DNA from: Craspedostauros australis | Taxonomy: Eukaryota | Reading direction: 5' to 3' | Assembly: GCA_030167865.1 (NCBI GenBank) | Contig: JALAGF010003172.1 | Span: 62,001-83,779 of the forward strand | DNA: 21,779 nucleotides | In this document: positions 10,928 to 19,915 of the stretch, piece after piece | How positions within the stretch are numbered: the stretch's first letter is position 1 | Layout of the letters: the number at the start of each line of letters is the position of its first letter | Position numbers and translations under genes: made by a program | The notes under the pieces: model-generated | What the model saw: only the letters and a program-made list of their open reading frames with translations | Database searches by the model: none | Told to the model about the DNA's origin: nothing

Positions 10928-12910
10928 TCACTCCTCTTCTTCAGCAGAGCTGTCCGTCTCAATCGCTTTGGATGATTTGGTACTCATTGAGCGGACGAAG
11001 TCCACCAATGTCGCCCAATCCATGTATGAATCCACGTTTGCTGTACTCTCATCCTCATCTTTAACCTTGTGCAGCTTCATCATGGACATGTGACTGTACT
11101 CATCATCAATACCATCACTCTCCGCTCCCCCACTGCGGAGGACATGAATGCCTCCCATCAGTTGGGGTTGTAGAATCAGCTTGCTGAAATCTGGATGAGC
11201 GAACATATCTTTCTCACTTTCAGCTGCCATTCTCATTGCTGCATCCTTCAACACCACGCAGTTGTGTTGATGGGCGAATATCAATGCATCTATCATGATG
11301 TCCTCTGTGAGATGCTTGCGGGCCAACTCTGCTTCAAGAACAAGCTTGAGCCGCCAGAAGCCGAATTCGTTGGCCACAAGGATCAGCTGTTGCAGATCGT
11401 GCCGTCTATTGAGGGCGGGAGTTGGCTGGTGAGAGGCATCTGCATCGCGGTGAGCGTCGACAATAGCGCCGATGTGAGCAGCAGTGTTGTCACGAGCGCT
11501 GTCATCAAATGATATCTCACCTGTGTAGATGCATTGGGGGACGTATCGGACGTGTTTTGGTTGAAGGTTGGGAAGAGGGATGGTTGTTTGGATGGGTTCA
11601 GTTCTATCTTGAGCGCCATCGTGAGCGCATTGATGTTGGATTCCTTTGTCGATCAGCGTCTCAATGGATGGGACGGTGATCATGAGGACTCCGGAGTTTG
11701 CCTTGATTGGTTGCTGTTCGTCGTCCTGTCCACACAAGAAGATGGTGTCTGTCCTGTTCCCAGTTTAGAAGGATTTGAGTCGGTCTTCTCCAATGCTGGC
11801 GTTGGTCCTCTTGTGGCTGCTGTGTTTGTGTTCATTCTCTTGGCTCTTTCGCTTCAACTGGTGTCTCGACTGTTGTTGCAAATGTTCAATCTCTTGTTCC
11901 TTCAGCTTCAACTGCTGTCCCAACTGTTGTTTCAGTTGTTCATTCTCTTGTTCCTTCTGTTTCAACTGCTGCCGCAGTTGTGAGTTGCGATAACTCAGAT
12001 CATCGAGACGGTTTATCATCTTGATATTAAATGTTGCATCGACCAAATCGAGGGGCGTTTTGTTGTCGTTGTTTTTGATGTCGATATTAGCATTGGCTGA
12101 TGCAATGAGGTACTCGACACACTCCAGCGTGTTGTTGTTGCATGCACAATGAAGGGGAGTGGAACCATTGTTGTTTTGACAGTTCACTTTCGCCTCACAT
12201 GAATCGATGAGGTACTCCACACTCCTCAGCTGGCCACACAAGCATGTGTGATGAAGGGGAGTGTCACCAGAGTTGTCTTTGCAGTTGATGTCCGCCCCAC
12301 ATAATTCGATGAGGTACTTCACACACTCCAGGCGGCCGTTCCAGCATGTGTGATGAAGGGGAGTGCAACCGTCGTTGTTTTGGCAGTTGATGTTTGCCCC
12401 ACATGATTTGATGAGGTACTTCACACACTCCAGGCAGCCTTCCATGCATGCCCGATGAAGGGGAGTGTTTCCATTGTTATCTTCACAGTTGATATTCGCC
12501 CCACAGGATTCGATGAGGTACTTCGCACAATCCAGGTGGTCATGGTGGCATGCCGTCTGAAGGGGGGCATCACCATAGTAGTTTTGGCAGTTGATGTTCG
12601 CCTCACATGATTCGATGAGGTACTTGACACACTCCAGGTGGCCGTTGTCGCATGCCAGATGAAGGGGAGTGTCACCATGGTTGTTTTGGTAGTTGATGTT
12701 CGCCTCACATGATTCGATGAGGTACTTGACACACTCCAGGTGGCCGTTGTGGCATGCCAGACGAAGGGGAGTGCGACCAACCCAGTCTGTAACCTTGTTG
12801 ACATCAACTCTCTCAGTCTGCGTCTTGTTCTGCTTCTTCCATTCCTTCAACACCGACAAGTCACCTGCATTGGCAGCAGCAATGAGTTGTTCATTCGTAA
12901 CATTCGGCAT
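10928..12910 (-). pseudogene. Ankyrin-repeat / coiled-coil / BTB-POZ protein split by one in-frame TAA (11767-11765)
   Basis: ORFs 12910-11765 and 11737-10928 are in frame. Read-through LKSF*TGNRTDTIFLCG..PIKANSGVL starts a BTB fold, followed by LILVANEFGFWRLKLVLEAEL and ALIFAHQHNCVVLKDAAM (BTB/BACK-like). The Gln/Glu/Lys-rich segment is coiled-coil-like. Confidence 0.8.
12071..12784 (-). repeat. Seven tandem 102-bp (34-aa) ankyrin repeats
   Basis: Consensus GxTPLHxACxNGHLECVKYLIESCxANINCxNN. The units are visibly similar at DNA level. Confidence 0.92.
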
Positions 12911-13255
12911 TTCGAGAGGATGGACGATTGACGTTGGATGATTGGTCTTGGGTTGGCTCTCGTAGAAATGTGTGAAGTCTGAGCTCCCTATGGCAGATGT
13001 ATTGATCGCGTATCTGCCCTATCTTGTATTAGTATGAGTGCCACACACTGTGTGATGAATAGTACTATGAGTGGCAATTCGATGTCTGTTGTTGATGTGT
13101 GCGAGTATGGGGTTGAGTGGTGTGTGTTGTTGTCTTGTTGTCTTGTTGGCGTGATCTTCTCTTTCTCTCTTTTGCGCGAAACCATCTTCAAGTTTGTCTG
13201 TGACTGTTTCGTGGGCAGAGAGGTCAACTTTTTCCTAGTGCACCATACATGACAG

Positions 13256-13261
13256 TATTTA
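13256..13261 (+). promoter_or_regulatory. TATA-like element upstream of the permuted tRNA
   Basis: TATTTA begins 42 nt upstream of the 3' half. Confidence 0.4.
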
Positions 13262-13297
13262 GACCGTATTCTGCGTTATGTGGGTAGCACAGCAGTA

Positions 13298-13375
13298 TTC
13301 GAATGGTCACGTGTTCGACTCACGTTGTTGACTCCACGGGTCAATATAGCTCAGTGGTAGAGCGTTCGATTGCAG
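13298..13375 (+). tRNA. trnC-GCA: Circularly permuted tRNA-Cys(GCA): 3' half 13298-13333, linker CCACGG, 5' half 13340-13375
   Basis: Reassembled: GTCAATA TA GCTC AGTGGTA GAGC G TTCGA TTGCAG|T TCGAA TGGTC ACGTG TTCGACT CACGT TGTTGAC T. All four stems pair, the anticodon GCA is at 13372-13374, and U73 is present. The B box precedes the A box. Confidence 0.9.
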
Positions 13376-13379
13376 ATTC

Positions 13380-13384
13380 TTTTT
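13380..13384 (+). terminator. RNA polymerase III terminator (T5)
   Basis: TTTTT 4 nt after G37 of the 5' half; further T-runs follow. Confidence 0.65.
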
Positions 13385-13856
13385 ACACCAAAAGAGCAGG
13401 AATCAGTCCTTTTTGCCCATCTTTTCGTCCCATTTCTCTGGTTCTGCTCGATCCAGGCTTCATTTTGCTACTTCCAAGCAGCAATGGCAACAGCAGGAAC
13501 CGCCACAACATCGGTAATGGTGATGTCTCTTCCGCAATCGGCGCTGATGGGCCATTCTCCCCAGATGCACCACACACAAGTGGAGATGAGGATGAACCTG
13601 GCGTCCGGATCAGCAATAGTAACGAAATCTTGTGCTGAAACTCTTAACCAATCTCATGTTTGCAGCTTCGTCGATGAGAGGTGATTCATCGTGAAGTGTT
13701 GGTACTTGGGAGCGCCAAGAGATGGATTCGCTGTCGACTATAATATTATTGTTTAGAATGGCGACTTTCCGTCAATGGCTCACAGTATGTATTTGTATGG
13801 AGTAGGCGCGTGTCCTGTCAAAATTGTTCACAACCTTCATTCCGTTCTTCCCCCGA

Positions 13857-15218
13857 TCACGCCCTGATTGTCTCCAACACGTCGTCCAGAACAGACGCCA
13901 GCTGTTCGGCGTCCAACGTTTCATCTCTGGGTCCCACCGACGATGATCGTTGTGGGCTTGGACCGTACACGAGGTTGACCGAGGAAGAATTCTTGCTGCG
14001 CCTTCCGCGAGGTGACTTGAGCAGGTTGGCCAGCGGCAGTCGCAACGAGGACAATCCTCCACCACCCTTCTTCAAGCCCGGCTTGCGATGGCTGCTGTTA
14101 ACAGGAGCGGACGTCGGAGCCACGAGCTTCTTGATCGTTTTGGGCTGTGTATGTGGCTTCTCGGTGCGAGGTTTGGTGTCATGAGATGAACTGGGCATCT
14201 GGGTATTGTCGTGCTCTTGCGGGTTCGCGTTCTGCCTGGACGGGGCCTCGGTTGGGAGTGTGAGCACCTTCAGGGCTGTGAAAGCAGGCGACTGGATTGC
14301 TGCGTCGTTGGTGGACCGAGCCCGTTGCTTGTTCTTGAGCGGCTTTGGTCTCGGAGTGGAGCGTGTTGCAGACCTGCCGTGGAGGCTGGCGGATCCAAAG
14401 TTATCGTGCCACTTCTCGATCTCCCATTGCAGCTTGTAGTTTGCCACGATGCCTGATGGCTTGAGCTCGTGGTTCGTGATGGGGCATGTGTACCCGTGTT
14501 TTTGGAGATGCTCGAGGATCTCATTGCGCTCGTAGTTGATGCCCGTTCGCGTCATGACAGGGTCCTTCATGCATCGCTTGGATAGCGGGCAGCGGAAATG
14601 ATCTGGGAACAAGGAGATGTATCCCGGGGACAGCATCAGCGATGATATGTTGTCGTACTGATCCACATCCACCCTGCGCATGCGCGAAGATGGCGTGCGC
14701 TGCACGGGCGTCTCCTTAGCGGCCTCCACGAGGTCGAGCGAAGCCGAGGCGGAGGCCCTGCCGTTGCGGCTTGGGGTCAATGGGCACGTCAGCTCGAAGT
14801 TGTGCTCTTTCTGCACGGGGGTGACATCGCCCATGTCGTTGTGGAAGCTTTGGGAGCCAAGCTCTTCGCTTTCGTTGTCTTGTTCAGCGTTTGGCATGTT
14901 GGAACGCTTCCAGGCAACGATCCTCACCTGCAGGTTCTTGTCGGAAATGAGGTTGGAAGGACGCAGAGGCTTGTGAGTGATGGGACAGTAGGTGTAACCT
15001 TTGTTGAGCCAGCCCAGGATGGCCAGCTTTTCGTAGTGGGTTCCGTAGCGGCTCATCATGGGGTCTGACATGATCTGGTGCGTCATGGCGCAGAGGAAGT
15101 CTGCAGGGATCTTGGGATGAGCTTTTGGGGAAGCAATGTCCGCATCAGGTGCTTCGAGCGGCGGTGGTGGCTGCTGCTCATGATCTTGATGGTGTTGTTG
15201 CTCTTTGGTGGGGCTCAT
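13857..15218 (-). CDS. Tandem U-box domain protein (putative E3 ubiquitin ligase, ~453 aa)
   Basis: Two U-boxes: IPADFLCAMTHQIMSDPMMSRYGTHYEKLAILGWL...CPITHKPL and FPDHFRCPLSKRCMKDPVMTRTGINYERNEI...CPITNHEL. Disordered basic C-terminus. Start chosen at MSPTKE; an upstream ATG at 15344 is possible. Confidence 0.88.
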   Translation of the reverse strand: MSPTKEQQHHQDHEQQPPPPLEAPDADIASPKAHPKIPADFLCAMTHQIMSDPMMSRYGTHYEKLAILGWLNKGYTYCPITHKPLRPSNLISDKNLQVRIVAWKRSNMPNAEQDNESEELGSQSFHNDMGDVTPVQKEHNFELTCPLTPSRNGRASASASLDLVEAAKETPVQRTPSSRMRRVDVDQYDNISSLMLSPGYISLFPDHFRCPLSKRCMKDPVMTRTGINYERNEILEHLQKHGYTCPITNHELKPSGIVANYKLQWEIEKWHDNFGSASLHGRSATRSTPRPKPLKNKQRARSTNDAAIQSPAFTALKVLTLPTEAPSRQNANPQEHDNTQMPSSSHDTKPRTEKPHTQPKTIKKLVAPTSAPVNSSHRKPGLKKGGGGLSSLRLPLANLLKSPRGRRSKNSSSVNLVYGPSPQRSSSVGPRDETLDAEQLASVLDDVLETIRA

Positions 15219-17598
15219 CGTGGGTATATTGATATTGCTGAATTTATGTAATGCTGTGTTGCTTGGATGTGTTTTGTGAGGCTTCGTCAAGGAGCTCGGA
15301 GATTTGTGAGAAGGTTTGGCGAGGACAGGGAATAGAACCAACATGCGCAGAGCAACGACACGCGTGCGCACTCATGCTGTTGCTGCGCTTCTGGGGTGGT
15401 GTTCCTTCCCGTCTCAGTACTCAGAGTACGAACTGTCCCATCATACTCGTGTATCCAACAGGATGGCAGGTGCTGACACTTGTTCGCATCTGTCTGAGAT
15501 TTCCCGTTCTGTGTGGAGTCAACCAGAGTCGGTGATGTGGGAACTCCGTCGCCGTCTCGGGGCCGCCAGGTTGATGGATATTTTGGCCACCGTTGAAGTA
15601 CACAAAAGCCTTGGTTGATGGTCCCCGATCGCATAGAATGGGTCGGTGCTCCTGAAATTGTCAATGCAGCTTATTTGTGCTGAGTACAGTTTGCACATTC
15701 TCGTCCCCCCCTTCCGCCTGGCGACATAGCATACGCAGAACGCCTGACGAATCGAGCCAGAACTTGAGAGAAGCTTCCGCCCATTCATTAGGGGGCTTGG
15801 GTTGTTCGGGAATCGAGACGAGGGATCAGAGTAACGCCATGCACCACTCCCCTCACCAAAGATAGACAAAGGTAGTGGGACCGTTCTCAGTAGTGGTAAC
15901 TAGGTCGATCAGCAGGTGGCGCTTCGTGCTTCATGCTTTTGTGCGTCATGCACCAAGTTACGAGCTGCGGCCTGTGCATCCGTCCGTCCGCGCATCTGCG
16001 CCTATTCTTCCTCCTCCTCTTTCTCTTGGCTCAGCACCTCGCACAGGTACGGCCAATGCTGGTGGAGCCTCTCGACAGGACAGGAATGTCACGATCATAC
16101 TTCACGATCAAAGAGTGCTACTTTTCGGCGGTGGACCTGTCTCTCGGCCAACAATCCACGAGTGCTGCAGCTCGTGCCCCACTTTTCCCTGCTCCGCTTG
16201 TATCAACCGAGGACGCCAAACGGCATGGTGGAACAAGATCAGTTCGCCGCCAAGTCTTTCTCATCTCGCGAGAGCCCATGCGGCAAGTGCCATCGTGCGG
16301 CGACGCATGAGCTATGAGTAAACTTGCTCGCGGTGGCAGCGCGACGCCTCTCCCCCGTTTTTCTCGTCTCTCGTTTCATCTTGACAAAATTGGATGACAT
16401 CAACTGCCTCCCTGAAAAGGTTCATTTTTGGTCTCGCTGCGCCATGTTCCCCCCTAATCCTCCGCGATCTCCGGGCACTACAAGAGAACGCAGACTTGCA
16501 CCCGTTTTGGGCTTCAACGAGAGCAAGAGTAAATACTAATCCCGTGCGGGAGTGCCCCCAAGATGTGGCCTTCCTGCTTCCCAATCGTGACGTGATATTC
16601 TTCCTGGAAGGGCTTTCGCAGTAAAGAAACCCATCAACGCAAAAACTCGTCAGAGTGTCTGTCTGAGATGGCAGAACATGACGATCTTGTTTGGCACTCA
16701 CAAGACAGAGGCTGCTTGATGTTGTGAAACTATTGGAAATGTCGAATCACGATTCGACAAAACAACGAGGCGGACGACAACCGGACGGGAAAGAACACGA
16801 ACATCGACGGTCATCTCAAGACCGTTTGAATTGGAACAATCCATTCATGTTACAGGCCCACGGTCATTGAACTGGATCGAGACTCACGATACGACTGACA
16901 CACAATATAAAATATGTTATGGTAATATTACCGCATCATCCAACAGATCCACCTGCATTCCACCTGTAGACTATCTCATTTGGTTTCATTGAGTCCGTAG
17001 GACTCATCTACAACGAAGTTCATTAACCAGCCCTCTTGAAGTGGCGATTTGCGTCAACCAGTCTGTTTTGTGATACTTAGCAACTCAAAACGTCCGAATG
17101 TCCAGGCGACATCTCATGGACACAGAGACTTCACCTCATCTTCCAAGGTTAGTAGATATCTGTAGATTACCTGTGCCACACAGAAAAAGTACAAGCCACA
17201 TCATACGTATTTGTCATAATCGCCATAGAACGCAAGTAAATAGTCCATACGAACGTATAGACACCAAAGAAGGGAATACATGCCTGTTATAGTCATAGAT
17301 ATGCGCATCATCCATCTGTTTGCTCCAATTCTCTGCGTTGTGGATCGTATTCTGTCGGATCCGTCATTGGAAAGGATAGAATATTACATATTAACAAGAT
17401 CAGTGCATCGAGAGCATTCCCATGGATATAATACCAACTTGTGGGTGTCAATATCTGTTTGAAAGAGATGCTGGTATCCAAATCTATGAATCTCGTGACA
17501 CTGTGTGGTACACTTGATGCTGGACTGTATCCCCCATATCCATGCATCTGGCAGGTCGTTTTGAGAGATTCAACCAACCGCATCACTCCAATCACACT

Positions 17599-18537
17599 TG
17601 TTGGAATGTGCATATGTGTATGTGCATCGCTCACCCATTGTTCTCTTACTCTATGCTCAAACAGCGCACACGTTGGTGCCATGAATGAAGCGTGACTGAG
17701 TGAGATCACATTCTGAGTTTACGTGCACCAAATTGTTCTCGATTTTGGAAGGAAATTGTTGGCGAGTTCCGTAGATGGGTACCTTGCAATCGTGGAAGAC
17801 GGTGATGGTTGTTACGATTCTGATTGCTATTTCATTACGTTGGTACTCCAATCCTCTCGGTGTCACCGTTCTCTTGCCTGATGCTCTCAGCGCGTTTCTC
17901 TGTTTTGTAGATTGAGTCTCCGACTATGAGTCGGTACGTGAGATGCTCTCTTGCTATTATTCGTATTCTCTCTCTTCTCAATGTAGCATGTTCGTGCTAC
18001 ATGACACTCCGTGTTCGATGCGTACTCTGCATTCGACACTTCGTTCATTTATTACTGGCTTCTACTGCATGAGTACTTACCACTTGAACTCCTCTTCATG
18101 TATCCATGATCTCTATGCCCTTGGGTCATCGAATCTTTACCTTCTGCTTCTGACATGGAGACAGATGTCAACGTGGTGACATGATGACATCCTGTCAACA
18201 TCAGCTGTCGTCTTTCTGCTCTCCAGATGTCACATTCCATTGATGATGCGATGGTCTGTCAGATGATATTGTCATCTGGGGTTTAGTTGGGAGGTACATC
18301 GAGCTTCGCTCGATACCATACGTTTCCATTGATGGATGGACGGACGATATTCCTGATTCTCTCAGAAATCGTTGATTGCAAATTTCCTCCAGAAATTCTG
18401 CTCATTTTTGTGTGTTCCATTTCCACTGTGATTCTGACAAATCACAGCATACTAACCACACGAGTGTAGTTTTACCGTCCGTGCATGTATAAGAGAATAA
18501 CGGGTGAACGATGCACATGTACACGTACATCTTGACA
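17599..18537. mobile_element. Non-coding element with long imperfect terminal inverted repeats and TGT...ACA ends (element A)
   Basis: Left end TGTTGGAATGTGCATATGTGTATGTGCATCGCTCACCCATTGTTCTCTTA aligns with the reverse complement of the right end, TGTCAAGATGTACGTGTACATGTGCATCGTTCACCCGTTATTCTCTTA. Flanks CACACT/TATACT may be a decayed 6-bp TSD. Confidence 0.62.
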
Positions 18538-18670
18538 TATACTCACATGTACATCTCGACAGGAAATGTGTGAACCATGTTTTCTGAGAGCATCAGGAAC
18601 TCAGTCTGTCCGTCCATTCAACAAGAATGAGTGCTGTTGAATCCAGATTGATGTATGTCACAACTAAACC

Positions 18671-19461
18671 TGTTGGAAATCCAGGTTACTAGTACTGTAG
18701 TTTAACCTTTACTAAACTGTACCGTTTTAGAACTGTGAGAACAACATCTTCATTTCTCATTTCCTCAAGTCGTTTGCTCATGATGATGCCAGTAACACCC
18801 TGTAGTTGCCCCTGCATTCATCATTGCAATCCTCCTCCATCATTCACATCTCATTGTTCATGACAGGTGCATTTCATCATGCTTATCCATTGAGTTTCCC
18901 TCCTACACTCCTGCAGTACATGCATGCCGATGTCGAGTTTCACGCTCTTCCGATGAGGCATCCATCACTCACTCAGTGCACTCTTCCGTGTTGTTCACTC
19001 ACTCTTCTCACATGTTCACTGGCGGTCACGCTTGGATCAGAACATGGTGTTCTGACACGATCAAGCCAATCCTTCGATGATGTTCCAGTCCATGCTATAT
19101 TCTCCTTCGCTGCTCTCTCTCAATCACATAATCATGTTCTGGGTTCTGAGTGACACAACACTGATAGCGTTTTTGCATAGATGTTTGGTTCAACTGATCA
19201 ACCTTCATGCTTGGAACACTCTGGTGTTCCAGTCTCCCTTTCACATCCATTGTTTGCCATGTTGGTTCGTCAATCATCTCAAACATGTCACACCTTTAGT
19301 CTGTTCGTCGTCTGCCATACTCTTGACACACAGAGGAGGAAGGTTCACAATCGACTTGGGAGTGTGTCCAACTTTGGTAGATCGGTCAGTCTATTTTTGG
19401 TATTCTGGGAGGTGCGGAAATCTAGGATATTCTGACATAGTCGCACCCTCGATTCCTGACA
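18671..19461. mobile_element. 791-bp non-autonomous element (solo LTR or Ginger-like MITE) with 6-bp TSD TAAACC (element D)
   Basis: Ends TGTTGGAAATC...GATTCCTGACA, imperfect inverted termini of ~25 bp. TAAACC at 18665-18670 and 19462-19467. Excision restores continuity with the homologous element A sequence. Confidence 0.8.
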
Positions 19462-19768
19462 TAAACCCAAATTGACAATACCTTTGCCTCCCATCTACTT
19501 CATCAACGGAATATGGAATCTGAAGGAGCATGGAAGGAAGCAACAGCTGGCATTGACACAATGTAATCGTGTCACCCCATTGACAGTCAACTCCACATCA
19601 GAACAAGAATCCAAAGATTCTATGACCATAGCATCATCAAGATTGTGGAGATGCAAAGAGGAGTTTGGAGGAGACATTGGAGACTGCATGCAGAGGAGTG
19701 GGACAGTGGAAGACAAGACAATAAAAAATGTATTGCATATGGAGTATTGCATAACATTTACATGGACA

Positions 19769-19792
19769 AGAGAGAGAGAGAGAGAGAGAGAG
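19769..19792 (+). repeat. (AG)12 microsatellite
   Basis: Seen directly. The homologous position in element A has only a short AG run. Confidence 0.9.
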
Positions 19793-19915
19793 AAACAGTG
19801 AGAGAGCATCTTGTGTACCAACTCATAGTCAGGAGACATCAGGCCAACAGGAGACCCCCAAAACCATTGGAACAAAAAAATGAAATAGCAAACAGAATCG
19901 AAACCACCTCCACCA

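Larger units (their letters stand above)
13291..13472 (+). repeat. Copy 2 of the ~180-bp inverted duplication; partner at 8941-9122
   Basis: Similarity to the partner begins at the AGCAGTA leader and fades after ~13472. Confidence 0.92.

Noticed and set aside
9635-11767. Stop-codon reassignment (e.g. UGA read as Cys by the neighbouring tRNA)
   Set aside because: The two internal stops differ (TGA and TAA), and intact genes here end in TAA, TGA and TAG. The anticodon is a normal GCA.
12071-12784. CRISPR-like periodic array
   Set aside because: The 102-bp period is an in-frame ankyrin coding repeat in a eukaryotic gene, with no unique spacers or cas genes.
13340-13480. Ordinary intron-containing tRNA-Cys or tRNA-derived SINE starting at the 5' half
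   Set aside because: No T-arm or acceptor 3' strand follows the anticodon, and a T5 terminator comes immediately. The complementary half is upstream, and the stems are intact in both copies.
15400-16700. Several 100-150 aa ORFs upstream of the U-box gene
   Set aside because: No motifs, mostly non-ATG starts and mutually overlapping; cannot be supported as genes.
16900-19500. Autonomous retrotransposon or transposase coding sequence
   Set aside because: I found no RT (YxDD), integrase, gag zinc-knuckle or convincing primer-binding site; only non-coding repeat structure is supported.
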